A DNA stretch of 64,000 bases from Octopus sinensis. Lineage: Eukaryota. Positions 13,200-26,578 of this stretch are shown piece after piece. A model generated the notes under the pieces. It was not told the origin of the DNA and ran no database searches. It saw only the letters and a list, made by a program, of their open reading frames with translations. Made by a program: the position numbers and the translations under genes. Numbering within the stretch: position 1 is the stretch's first letter; the number at the start of each line of letters is the position of its first letter. The stretch spans positions 81,778,001 to 81,842,000 of the forward strand of contig NC_042999.1 in the NCBI RefSeq assembly GCF_006345805.1, read 5' to 3'.

Positions 13200-14530
13200 A
13201 TGATAAACTACTGGAAAATTTTAGAGATTTTTAAAGTTCCGGTGATTCTTTTTTCTGCTTTTGAGAAGCCTAATTTCCCCAGATTGGTATTTTGGTACTG
13301 TGTTACATATACCCGTGCCCCAGTAATTACATGTATAAACCTGACCCTATCATCTGGATAGAGTAACTCCTGATTTCTCAATGGTTCAGCATATGTATTC
13401 CCTTTTTCACTGATCTACAGCCTTGTTTTAACAGCTTCTGGGCAGCTAATTTCCACAGCTGAACACATTTTCTCTTCTCTGTCCCAAATCATTATATCAG
13501 GTCTGTTGTGGTTACATTTTATTAAGGTATTCACTGGGATATTCCACAGGTATTCCTTTTTATTATGGGTGGCTAGGGCTTGTAACATACTGTGGGTACA
13601 AATTTCTTTGTCCTCAAGGTTATCCTTCTGATGGATTTCATTATAGAATGTCTTGGCTCGAACATCATGTCTCACCGATAGATAATACCGTGATGATATA
13701 TTCAGACAACTGCTTATGATGTGGGTGATATCTGCAGTGCGAACTCCACAAAATCTGCATGGGCTGTCACATTTTACTGCTTTTTCTGCATTTCTATCCC
13801 TTTTGTGCATTAAGTACTTCGGTGATATTTCCTGTTCCTGGATTGCAAACGCATACCCTTCAAAGTGGGAGGGAGTAATCCAGTCGTTGGTCCATGATAA
13901 ACTGCTTTGATGATCAATATTATATCATCTTAGAAGTTTCTACTAACATTCATGCATAGCCTTCTGCTCATATATGCTCATGCTTTGATCCGATGATACT
14001 TTGCAGTAGAGTCGTGCGACTTCTTTGGGCATGGATTTATTGTTGCTAGATAAGGAACGCTGCTCAAGAAGCTGACTTCCAAGTCTTATGATGTTATCAG
14101 CTTCATGTATGCAAACTTGGTCAAGGGATGCACTTTGACACTTGGTGTTTAAAAGATGTTGCCGAAGGGGTATTATACGACATTTAAAGGCGTATTCGAT
14201 CGATGTTAAGCCTCTGCCATATTGTTTTGGTTTTACGTAGGGACGGTCTACATCACTGTTTATGTGGAAATTATGTGAGCTTCTTAGTATTTCCCACGTT
14301 TTGACATCAGTGGCTCGGAGCATATCAAGCGTTCAATCAAGTAGTCCAAATTTTAGTATGAGTACTGACACTGCAAACACATTATGAGCCACTGTTTATT
14401 GAATGCAATGAGTTCTGAGGTCCAAATTTTCTTTATTTGGCTGTAATATTTTTTAGGGACATGTATTTTGTTACAAGTGCCATTGTAAGATATGTTTTCA
14501 TTCACCCGTAGATACCTGTAAAATTCCTCA
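13200..14530 (-). mobile_element. R4-clade (RT-REL) retrotransposon, 5'-truncated
   Basis: SDVDRPYVKPKQYGRGL, zinc finger CRFC...HIISSC, RHD and NRPDIMIWD...VEISCP REL motifs. Confidence 0.85.
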
Positions 14531-14649
14531 TCAGATATATGGGAAACAGTATGTATGTATATATGTAAGTAAGGATGTTCGTCTTGGGAATGACTTTATA
14601 CTGCATCCGTTAGAAAGAATCTGGTTCTTAAGTTCCCATGTTTTGAAGA

Positions 14650-14890
14650 GTTTGGAGGATCGCGGCTTCGATTCCCAGACCAGGCGTTGTGTGTGTTTAT
14701 TGAGCGCAAACACCTAAAGCTCCACAAGGCTCCAGCAGGGGGTGGCGACCCCTGTTGTACTCTTTCGCGCCAACTTTCTCTCACTCTTTCTTCCTGTTTA
14801 TGGAGTAACGCTGCGATGGACTGGCGTTCGTCCACCTGGGGAAACCGGACGCATGAGCCTGGCTAGGCTTGAAAAGGGCGCGTAAAAAAA
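14650..14890 (+). mobile_element. tRNA-derived SINE with L2/CR1-like tail
   Basis: B-box-like GGCTTCGATTCCC; tail GTAACGCTGCGATGGACTGGCG...GGCTAGGCTTGAAAAGGGCGC shared with the SINE at 61351-61615. Confidence 0.75.
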
Positions 14891-14899
14891 TATATATGC

Positions 14900-15121
14900 A
14901 TAAACATATATATATATGTGTGTGTGTGTGTGTATGTGTGTGTGTGTGTGTGTGTGTGTCTGTGTGTGTCTGTGTGTGTGCATGTGTGTGTGTGTTTAAA
15001 GACAAACAGGCACACATATAGGCACATAGACAAAGCTGGTTAGGTAGATGGATTGATAGATAAATTCATAGACTGACAGACAGATAGATAAATAGATAGA
15101 TAGATAGACAGACAGATATTG

Positions 15122-15168
<47 letters not shown>

Positions 15169-15305
15169 CAGATAGACAGAGAGACAGACAGACAGACAGA
15201 CAGATATTTAGATAGATAGATAGATACATACATACATACATAGATACATACATACATAGATACATACATACATACATACATACATACATACATACATACA
15301 TACAT
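14900..15305. repeat. Compound (GT)n/(GATA)n/(GACA)n/(CATA)n microsatellites
   Basis: Direct reading. Confidence 0.95.
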
Positions 15306-15859
15306 GTCCATTTCAGTCACCCTTTAGATGTGTCACCAATTCTGAATTGTACTAAAACTTACGTACCTATTCTGACATCCAGTATTCTCACTTTAATGAC
15401 ATCCTTCCAAAATTTTGTTCCGTAACTGAGAACGTATGTTTCGTGATAGTACTACAACGTATACTTCTACGATATTGAAACAGCTACATGTAAACTCCGA
15501 ATTTCCACTCATTTAACTATATTTCAAAACTTACATCAGTCGTATACACAAATCCCTGCCATGTTTCTTATTGGACAGAAAAATAAAGAATGTCTCTTAT
15601 ACTTCAGACACATTATAAAGAAAAGAAAGAAAGAACCAAAACAAAAATGGATAGCAGCCATCTTTCTTTAATTACCACATTTGACCCGGCACCTGCAAAC
15701 ATTTTTTTTGTCTTGTTTGCAAACATTTTATTAGTTTATGTCCCGTGATAGGAATATTTCAGACAGCAATAACACTACAGCCAACCATCTGCACATAAAA
15801 TCGCATCGATTCATCCAAATATAGAAACAAAATCATTATCATTTTATTATTTTTATGAT

Positions 15860-15915
<56 letters not shown>

Positions 15916-15955
15916 TATCATCATCATCATCATTATCACCATCACCATCATCACT

Positions 15956-16016
<61 letters not shown>

Positions 16017-16061
16017 CGATCATCATCATCATCGCGATCGGTAGTAGTAGTAGAAGTAGTA

Positions 16062-16117
<56 letters not shown>

Positions 16118-16426
16118 CACACAATCATAGCAATTTTCACAATCATCACGATCAAAAAGATTTTTTGTTGTTTTTATTAACATCAAATTCGTCATCATCG
16201 TCGTCGTCATGATTATCGTCATCACCATCGCCGACGCTGACGTCGTCGTCGCTATAATCGTTATCCCCAATATCCTCATCCTCATCCACTTCATCATCGT
16301 CGTCGTCATCATCATCATCATCTTTATCATTAATGCTTCACTACCATATCGATTTTTAATACAGAAGTCAAAACTAATATAAAAACAAACAGAAATTCAG
16401 TATTACACAATACACAAATAGTTGTT

Positions 16427-16471
<45 letters not shown>

Positions 16472-16696
16472 AGTAGTAGTAGTAGTAGTGGTGGTGGTGG
16501 TGGTGGTGGTGGTGGTGGTGGCGGCGGTGGTGGTGGTGGCGGCGGTGGTGGTGGCGGCGGTGGTGGTGGCGGCGGCGGCGGCTGTGGTGATGGTGGTGGT
16601 GGTAATAGTAGTAGTAGTAGTAGTGGTGGTGGTCGTCGCCGTTGTGATGGTGGTGACGGTACTAGTAGTAGTAATAGTAGTAGTTGCAGCAGCAGC

Positions 16697-16739
<43 letters not shown>

Positions 16740-16765
16740 TAGTAGTAGTAGTAGTAGTAGTAGAA
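15860..16765. repeat. Compound trinucleotide arrays (CAT)n, (TAG)n, (GGT)n, (GGC)n
   Basis: Direct reading; explains the poly-D/T/S/V/Y ORFs. Confidence 0.95.
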
Positions 16766-16999
16766 ACAGCAGAAACCTACAAACATTGTGATGATGTTGA
16801 CGATGAAGAAAATTGTATAAAGAATTACTGTGAAAAATAATTCCAAAATAGAATGGGCAATTATGTTTCCTATGGTTATATTTTTTTTCATGTGAGGACG
16901 TTGATGACGTTGCAATAGTTTTATGTATGGTTTTATGTATAATTTTATTGCAAGAATGACCATCAACTTCAGTTCGAATGGTTGGAAAGATAACTAGAA

Positions 17000-18220
17000 A
17001 TTGTAATATATAAAGCAATATCACGATATTGCTCCTTACACCTTGTTTATTCCTTTAGTTCATCTTATTTTCAACACTGTCATTGCTGTCGTTGTTCTTG
17101 TACTGGTTATTCTTGTAATGCATTATATTCTTATTGATTTTTCTGTATTTCCATTGTAATGTTTTTAACATTATCATTCTTGATATTATTCTTATTAATC
17201 TTTTTGTATCTTTGTTATTATTAATAGTAGTATTATTACAAGGGTAATTCTCAGCAAATATTTTATATTCTTTGTTATTTTTTTTTCTTCTGCTGAGCTG
17301 CTTCTATCAATACTAAACAGCCGGAATTTTATACTTATTGGCAATATTTCCAAAACGCAAAACATCAATTTCTATATCTGTATACCTATATATTTATTTG
17401 CTGCTGAGATTGGGCAACCACGAATATCAAGTCTAATTGTCTATTTACGGCCATTAGATTTTCTGCATTGATTATATTTTTGTATTAGTTTTCTACATTG
17501 ATTATATTTTTCTGTTAGTTTCGGTTTTAATGTTTCGTGTTCTTGTTATATCTGTTGGAGCGTTTTCCTATTCTTTTGTTTAAAATTTCAATACAATATT
17601 TAATAACTTTAATAACTCACAAAACCGGATCAAATCCATGTAATATTTTATGACCACAACGAAGATAAAATGAGAGAAACATTTAACAGATTCTCCCCAA
17701 AAGACGAAGGCTGTTCAACAAAGGGAGTTTGTTTGGTAAGCTGAAACCCCTGTAAAAGGTAAAGTAATTAAACGGGTCAATTCTGCCTTGCTCCAAATTC
17801 TTAAGAAGAAAGGAAATTAATATTGTGCGTGTAAGTTGTTCAAATGTGAATAAAAAAAATAACATTTTGAAATAAACAAATGTGCTAAACGCCACCTGCA
17901 AAATATAATATGTACGAAGGTAACATACATACAACTCCAGATATATGTTGGTGCAATAAAATCTCTGTGAAACTTATTGTTGTGAAACATATGTTGGTAC
18001 TATATAATTGTTGTGTACTTATATTCCAAGGACTGTAATACAAAATCTTCCCCAAAATACACCTCATATTTACCATAATTTGCAGACCAAATATTTGCAT
18101 AAATCCAATGAAAATGGCTGTAGTGTCGCTTGTGAAATGCATTTTCTGAAGTACATGATTTTCTTTATTCTGGATGCGGTGAATATTTTGTTAAATAAAA
18201 TCTCCCATATCATTGTGTGA
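17000..18220 (-). mobile_element. Highly degenerate Penelope-like RT remnant
   Basis: ORF 17683-17934(-) has YLRTYY...ISFL...FYR in the order of the PLE YxDD/FLD/YRK region; weak similarity. Confidence 0.4.
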
Positions 18221-18796
18221 AGTAAGGATCTTTAAGTGTTGATTCTAGGGGCCAGTACTTTCACCATACCGTAAATTTTAGCGTTTGACATCATGGCGAG
18301 AAAATATCTGCCCACTAAAGTGTGCTAAATGGTAGAAGGAGAAATGCTTCTGCTATGATTTCGAAAAGTGGGAATTGGTATTTTATCTTAATTCAAACAA
18401 TACCTCTTTGACTACCACCTCAGTAGGTCACATGAAAACCATGATAGAGAATACGTAAACAACGACGATGAAACTAACAGCATTTACAACAGCGACTATA
18501 ACAAAAGGCAATGCCAATGATATAAAAGAATTTCCCAGAGATGAGTTCATGGCACCACCACCACCATAATCTATAGCAACAGGTTCTAGCAGCAGAAATA
18601 AAATCTTCGAGAATAAGCAACAACGGCAGTCACGACGTCAAAAGTAGCAACGGTAACATTTCAGCAGCACTAGGAACAAAATGGCATCGCGACAGTAGCA
18701 ATATCATCGACAGAACAGAAACCTCTAGTAACAAAAACCATCATTAATAAAAAAAAATGCTTCCTTCGCTTAAGTAGTTGTGCGTGAAAGTTTGGA

Positions 18797-18988
18797 TTCT
18801 TCTTCTTCTTCTTCTTCTTCTTCTTCTTCTTCTTCTTCTTCTTCTTCTTCTTCTTCTTCTTCTTCTACTTCTACTTCTACTTCTTCTTCGTCTCCTCCTC
18901 CTCCTCCCCTTCTTCTTCTTCATCTACTACTACAACTACTACTTCTTCTTCTACTACTTCTACTATTACTACTACTGCTACTACTACT

Positions 18989-19025
<37 letters not shown>

Positions 19026-19079
19026 TACTACTACTACTACTACTACTGTTGCTACTACTACTACTACTACTACTACTAT

Positions 19080-19114
<35 letters not shown>

Positions 19115-19115
19115 T
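18797..19115. repeat. (TTC)n/(CTA)n microsatellites
   Basis: Direct reading. Confidence 0.95.
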
Positions 19116-22100
19116 ATTCTTAAAATGTCACAGTTTAGAAGATCCCTTCCTGTTCCAAATAGCTCAGACTCTGTTTTTGCACAACTCATTTTTTTCTAAC
19201 TAGGTTCAGTCAACAGCAAAGAGAACCTGCTCTGTTTATGATAGGTCTATCCTTGTAAGCGTGAGAGCTGTTGATTTTCTGTCGGAGCAAATATAATCAT
19301 GTATACCACTATCAGAAACCGGTTGTACAATGCACACAGTTATTTATGATAATAACAATAGCATCAACAGCAGTACTAATACAGAAATACGATTTTAGTA
19401 GCCATTTACTCTCCTGTATTTCAGCACCCTGTTGCAGGTTTTGTTTTCCGCCGTTTTTATTTTGAAATGAAAAAAAAAGTTAAGAAAGGAACACTGTCCG
19501 CACCGAGCATGCTTTGCTCTGATGTCCCGACATTAATAGGTAATTACCTGATATCCTGAATTCACTGTTGCTATATCACAGTGGTGTTCAATGAAACAAT
19601 GAAGTTGAACAGATTTTTTTTTTTAAAGGCGATGGTAGCGGGTTTGATAATGTAACCTGAGTTGTATCAGCGCCGGGGAAATTTGTGAAATGCGTTGCTC
19701 TACGTGTAGTCGGAGGGGAAAATCTGTTGTGTGAGTTTATTTAGAATACATTGAGAAACTGACACAACCACATCTCAACATCATTAGACCCTGTAGGTTG
19801 AGTTATAAGATTCTCGGTTATGGGAAATACAGAGGGAAATTCAACTGTAAAACATTTGGAGCTACTCTAGTCGAATTCACGATAACAACGACGACAGCAA
19901 ACGCTGTAAGGAAATTTTTGCTTTAAGTATAATCAGGTAGGACTTTGTCTTGTGTGTTTCCCGAATGACAAGTAGACAAAATAATAAAATAACGTTTTTG
20001 TTGAAGGAAAAGATTGTCGCTTAAGGTTGACAGAAAGAAGAAAGCTTATCTTTTAGCCATCGTGGGCTGATGTAGTTAAAATGCAAAATCTAATGTGAAG
20101 TGGTATTCTATCGCTAATGCTTTATAGTGGAGCTTTATCTATAAGACTTTCGTAGTAGCGCTTCGTTTAGAATACATCGATGGTTTTGCGAGATAATGAT
20201 GCATAGAATGACAGAGATTGCTAAAAGAAAGAAGTCAAAACCTGGGCGACAGAGTTCAGATTGTTATGAATATATGTAAAGCGAAAAATGTGTGTTTTCT
20301 GAAAAAGAATAAAGTGTAAGAACACAACACACAACCCGGTCCGGAAACTGAACTCACTACCTCATCATCATCGACTTTCTAGCCTTCACACAAAAACGCA
20401 CCCGTTGTACCTAAAAGTGGCTTTGGGTAGCTTCAGAATATGTTTTGTGTAACTTCAGAAATAAATACCTAAGACTAGTCAAAAATCGAAACCGGAGGAA
20501 GAATACAGTACGCAAGTGCTCTATAAGTGCACTTGCGGAAAGAAACTTTTAATATAGGTGCGTTCTCTTTTATATTTAAACTTCGTTTAAATAATCCAAA
20601 GTCTACATTTAGCTATAAAATTAAGAGTAGTAATATATATTTGGCTAAATGTGTGCATTCTTTCTCGGATAATACTGAAAATAAAATTAGCACAAGGAAT
20701 GCATAGCCGTATGAGGACGATGATAGTGGGTGAGGGACTTGTATATCTCTGGCTTTCAATATAAGTAGAATTAAATTGAATATTATTAATGAAAGCGATG
20801 AGTTGCTCATAAGATGCCTGTTTCTTAGAAATAAATCCTTCCTTTACACTATGAATGGCGCAACCATAAATTAACCTATCAAACTAAAGCCAGTAAATGT
20901 ATATAATTTGTGATCAGTAGGACTCGCTATTGTTCATATCTAATGATGACGATAATTCTGGTTTCACTTTGCAATATATAATGCATTTGATGGTATTCTA
21001 TCCTTCCAATATAAGGCAATGCCACCTAATTATTTGAAAACATTTTAGCGTGTCGGTCTTCCATACTCATAACCTTTTACGCCCTCTAATATTAAATTTA
21101 ATTAAAATACAAGCCTTTACCAGACCGACTCTGGTTCTATCATTTAACACCTCGGAAATATCTTATTTTGCAATTGATTTTGCTCCTATAAATTATATAT
21201 TAGCTACATATCATTTATTTAAAAATTTAGATTTTATATAAAGATAATACTTTCACAGATTCGTCTTATAGAAACGTTTACAATCTAAACCGTGTCATAA
21301 GAAATATCTATGAATAAGCCTTTGTGTGTGCTTGTGTGCGCATGTGTGTGTGTGTGATATAGAAGTGTATGCACGTGGGTATTTGTGTGCATATATATTT
21401 GATCGTTGCTGAATTGGAATAAAATTTGATAGATGAAGAATACTGGGGACCCTTGCTTTGAAGCCCTCAAGCATCAATTCATTCAGAATCTTCTAATGGT
21501 GAGTAGTACCATTTTAAAAGTATTCCCCTTGAATTGTTAATCCTCTTATTTGTGAATTAACTTTGTAATATGTTTGAATACTTACTTATATCTGTCTTCG
21601 ATATTTTATTCTCATCGTACACTAAGAATGATATAGTCTTTAATTTCTCTCTATCACTTTAATTTAATTGGTCTGAATATGTTCCTATGTGAAATACTGT
21701 AAATTATAAGGCAATGTCTTTGCTCACTTGTTTTCCATTTACAGTCCAAATTACTGTAACCTTGTCCAATTCTGCTCCCATATATTGTAAATATATAGAG
21801 TGAGTTTGAACACATATTTAGACTTGAAAAATTGAAGCAACCGTCATATTCCAGTGGAACCATAAGTGAGCTTTCTTTCTTTTTTATTCCTTATTGAATA
21901 CGAAATTTTTTATTATAAAGCTGAGCATTTAAATTCATGCAAGTATGTACGTATAATTCTTTAAACTGAAATTTATGATACAATATGAAAAAGGTTACGA
22001 AACGGCTGTAATCTTATGCAAGTCAGATGTAAAGATCTGTTTTTACGTCCCACACCTCATGAACTTTGTTTAATCTTCTCGGAAAAGTTTATTATCAGAT

Positions 22101-22298
22101 TTCATATATTTGCAGTCACACGGACATATAACATTACACTACCATGTAATTGATTTCTACGTAGATTGAAATTGATTTCTACAAAGATTGAAACTGAGGT
22201 GTTTACTGTGAGAGCCAAATGATTATCTGACTCAATATATATGAGTATACTTGTATATATACATATGTGTGTGTGAATTGTTTGTGTATGTGTGCGTA

Positions 22299-22405
<107 letters not shown>

Positions 22406-23783
22406 CACGAACCGATAAACGCACGTATTTTCTTTGAAACACTTTTCATCCTAACTAGAAATTCATTTATTCATAGTATGTTCTCTTTCTCGTATGTTCT
22501 TTTCTTATAAACTACATTGATACTAAAACATCAAAACAACATAAAATATAGAGTAACGTACAAACAAAAGAAACACGCATGATTATAAAGAAAAATGGAC
22601 AGCCTGGCTGTCAACATAATACTCATTCTACATATAGTAATGTTTCAACTGGCTAGACAGTATAATTATTAGTATTTGGAATTTTACCTTGGAAAATGTC
22701 AAAATACAAAGAAAATGAGACGAAATGGAGAAAATATACATAACATTACATTTACATGATATTGTATGAAATATAATGGACATGTGAGTTTGTTTGCACT
22801 AATGACTAATATTTAGAGTTCGGACAATGTTTTCCGTCGTAGAAAGGGTGGTTTATGTTACTTCCCTCTTTACGATAAGAAAAGAGCAACAAAACAACCA
22901 ATAACCAAGCCATGGATACGGATAGCCCGACACGTTAGTACGATACATTCACAGAAGCACAAATACCAACCTATATGTGTATGTCTATGTGTGTGTATGT
23001 GCGTGTGTATGTGTGTACGTGCATGTGTGTATTTATGTGCATCCATTCATATATTAATTCATGCATACATAAATACATAACATATATACGTAGGTAGTTA
23101 TGCAAACTTATCTTTCTATTTATACACACACACATGTATATATAATAAAATATATACGCCGGGTGCTGAAATGCTCTCAGCTTTAAGGGTGTCATGTAGG
23201 GTCTGGCTGGAGACCCACCCTTCTGACCTTCTAACAGGGCTTAGACAAACTGAAGAACCGCTGCGATAAGATTGTGACTCTGAGTGTGGAATATCTTGAA
23301 TACAAACGTAACTAACTGATCCTTCGTTATTTTCCTTTATCCAATGTCAGGAACGTTCCATCTCACACTAGTATGGACGTATATATTTGTACGTAAATAT
23401 ATATATATAGATATTTGCAAATATGCATGTCTATATATCTAAATATATTTCCGTGAGAGTTAGAGGTCGGGAAGCCAACAAAATAAGGGATAGTTCCTAT
23501 CCAATATACTGCTGATAGTGTACCCAATTATTAATATCCAAGTGCTGGTTATTGCGTGGCAATTTCGCAATCGCGTGCCATATATGGGCGGGGGTAAAAT
23601 GTGGTTTGCCCATAATATGGCAAAAAAGAAAGTGGAGGGAATACAAAAATGACATACATTACCCGGTAGACATTCTATTATGTCTGTTTATTCTAAAACA
23701 TAAGGAAGTATCGTAAGAATACATACACATGCAAAGAATGTGTGTTACACACATATGTACTAGTAATACATAAACGAGTAAAA

Positions 23784-23913
23784 GATCAGTTTCATACTGC
23801 TGTTTCTGCCAAGAGGCCACGATATCCTCCATGCTGTCTCCACATTTTTACTGTTCTGTAGGGATGGGTAAAATTTGGATATTGAGCGTGCCTCTATTCT
23901 TCTTCAGAGGATC
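23784..23913 (-). ncRNA. Type-I hammerhead ribozyme motif (degenerate stems) in a Penelope pseudo-LTR
   Basis: Minus strand reads GATCCT-CTGAAGA-long stem II-GAAAC-AGCA-GTA-TGAAACTGATC; homologous to 30481-30614. Confidence 0.55.
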
Positions 23914-26320
23914 TAAATGGTCAGGAATGCCGTTACATACAAGAGTCAGTAACTAATAAGTACAGTATATTTTTCTTATTGAAGAGGGCATAAGAAGAAT
24001 AGGATCAAAACTTAGAGTGTGAGACGAGTACAACTTATTAAAATAGATTAGGTATAGGAAAGGGAAATACGTCATAGACTTCCAGTGTTGTCTTCCAAGA
24101 TTCATGTTTTTTCGTCCAGTGGTGGATAAGAGGATATAGTCGTTCTTAGGAGGAATGTTTTAGGAAGGCTGAATATAGGCAGTAGTTCTTATTTTGCTTA
24201 CATATAAACACACGTTATGTTTACAGTAGTGTGTTTGAAAGTATGGTCCGTGTTTCGGAGGTGGAAGCTTATATGTAGGATGCCAGCTGGTACTAAAGAG
24301 AGTATGGCACCAAGTGGTGATCAATGTACGGTGTTCGTGTTCATTACTGTTTCCATCAACACGTCCCTGAATCCTTGTGTGCAGCGGGGTAAGGGTCATG
24401 GCTAGTCCTGCAACCTAATTGGTCAGCTATTTTGTAAAACCATGACGCGTTTCCGGTTGGTTGATGGTTAACAGATAACAGAAAAACAAATCAGATAAAT
24501 AGATAAGTAAATAAGTGAGTACAAAATACAATGGCCACTATGGGCAAGTAGAAGAGCAAAATAAAATTAAACGAGATTACGTTAAATTAAGACAAGTAAA
24601 TAAATAAATACGTGAGTGTGATAACTAAAGCAATATGAATAAAGGGATATGATTTAAGGAACAGCAGACGAAAATAAATTATTGCAATCGTATAAAAATA
24701 AAAATCTAAAACATATATCTATCTATCAGGGGAATCAGCTTTATTGTTAAACGTAATATAGGAGCTAAATCCTATACTACTAAATTAAAGAATAATGCGT
24801 AGTATTAAATTATTGAATTAAGTGTTTAATTTAAGGTGGGTAGTAGTCTGAAGAAAAATGTTAACATGGATATGTATATATACATACAGCTAACAATAAA
24901 TCTGTGTATGTCTACAGGCGTGGGTGTAACCCGAGCATTTCCAGCTAATAAATTATATAATTAATTAATTCCGTATTGGGAAAATGTTTAATATAGGTCC
25001 GAGGGAAGAGGCAATATCAGATGTAGATGGAAATAGGTTTTTTTTGTTCGGGTAAATATGGCAGCTATGGGGTGTTGACATCTATTGATTCTGATGTATC
25101 AGGCAGTTTGGCTTTAGTATATTAACTATATTATACTCAATTATCCGATGGTATATATGGTATATATGCTGGTATATATGATGAGCTAGTCATGCATGTA
25201 TTTTCTAAAGATTTATTAAGGGAGCGTATAAGTGTATAATCTAGTGTATAAGCTAGATTTATGTATAGTATTCCTAGTATGAGTATGGTGTAACATACCG
25301 TTAGTAGACCAGGACGATGGGGTGTTTTATCTGCTTCTGTCTATACACATGCTCCAGCAATTATACATATAAATATATGTACTGATCCCATATGGTCCAA
25401 TACTAATACTAAACAGGTATACATTCACACACTTATCCATATTGTACACCATTATATCTATGCAAAACCATACTGGCCTCTACCCACACCCTTATCTCCC
25501 CACATGTGCATACATGTATGTATCCATTTCCACAACTATAGATACATATGTGTGTAAACATCCAAAATCTATGGCTTCTTACATAGTCTATCATATATAC
25601 CTATATAAGTATGTGCACATATGCATACATACATATGTCCGAACCTACATCTATATGTACATGCTCACACACCCACAAAAACTGTTTATATATATATATA
25701 CATCAACACATGTACATCCATGAATATATATGTATATACACACATATACATGTACACAGAAACATATTCACACCTACATGAATATATATATATATGCATA
25801 TGCATACCTACAACCATACATACATAGATACACATACGTATACATGTAAATATAATATAGTAATAATAAGAATATTGCTATTATGATACGAATAAGCAGG
25901 GGCGTTAATTCCAGTGGGGGCTAAATAACAAGTGCTACAATTTAGAAAAAGTATGCTTAGTTTTATGAAAACAGAAATGGCTTCGCTCCTTAAGTGAATT
26001 TAAAAGCGGAAGGCTAGCTTTAATCATGAAGAAAATTTCATTTACACATAGCATACATTTTCTATTTTTTGTACTATACACTGGAGCTGCGGTTAAAATC
26101 TTCCAATGTAGGTTATAATCAATTTCTTTATCCTTAAGTTCCCATATGAAGTTGCTCAATCCCGTTGAATTTCTCCTATTTCTGTTTCTAAAGGGGTACC
26201 TATAATGATTAAGCCTTTGTTTCGTATTACTCTGTGTTGATTCTACCTTATCTTATTACCAGATTTTGTAATTACTACACATTAATACGCTACTTCCTTT
26301 GTGATGCAATTATTGTTGAA
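23914..26320 (-). mobile_element. Cluster of Penelope-like fragments (thumb, RT, GIY-YIG C-terminus) split by microsatellites
   Basis: FSTSWHPT (24160-24399), an RT-like remnant at ~24900-25340, and SNFIWELKDKEIDYNLHWKIL...CMLCVNE (25935-26159). Confidence 0.65.
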
Positions 26321-26578
26321 TACAGCAATTGCTGCTAATTCTACAATCACAGGTTCTATATAGATGTGTGGTGTTTACATTATGGGTATTGTCATGTATT
26401 ACATTATTAGTCCTGAGGCCATTGTTGATATTAATAATGATATTGTTGTGGTTACTATTGCAATTAATCGTATCATTATTATTAGCATTGCTATTATTAT
26501 TGCTGTTATTGTATTTATTATCATTATTATTCATTTGAAAATTGTTATTATGTTTCTGTTATTATTATTATCATTATT

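Noticed and set aside
14735-14760. CTCF-like motif in a SINE
   Set aside because: Imperfect match in a single copy; not distinguishable from chance.
15839-17024. Long ORFs rich in D, T, S, V and Y
   Set aside because: They are translations of trinucleotide microsatellites; the same applies to poly-YI/HT/LLL ORFs throughout the window.
20942-21010. C-box-like ATGATGA, possible C/D snoRNA
   Set aside because: No matching CTGA D box or terminal stem.
21432-21798. Possible plus-strand exons (donors GTGAGT near 21499 and 21800)
   Set aside because: Phases do not join into a convincing open frame and no homology was recognised.
23244-23290. CTGAAGA followed by CTCTGAGT, possible decayed hammerhead
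   Set aside because: No GAAA and no stem I partner.
24430-24470. Minus-strand GAAAC-GC-GTC-ATGG
   Set aside because: No CTGANGA at the required position.
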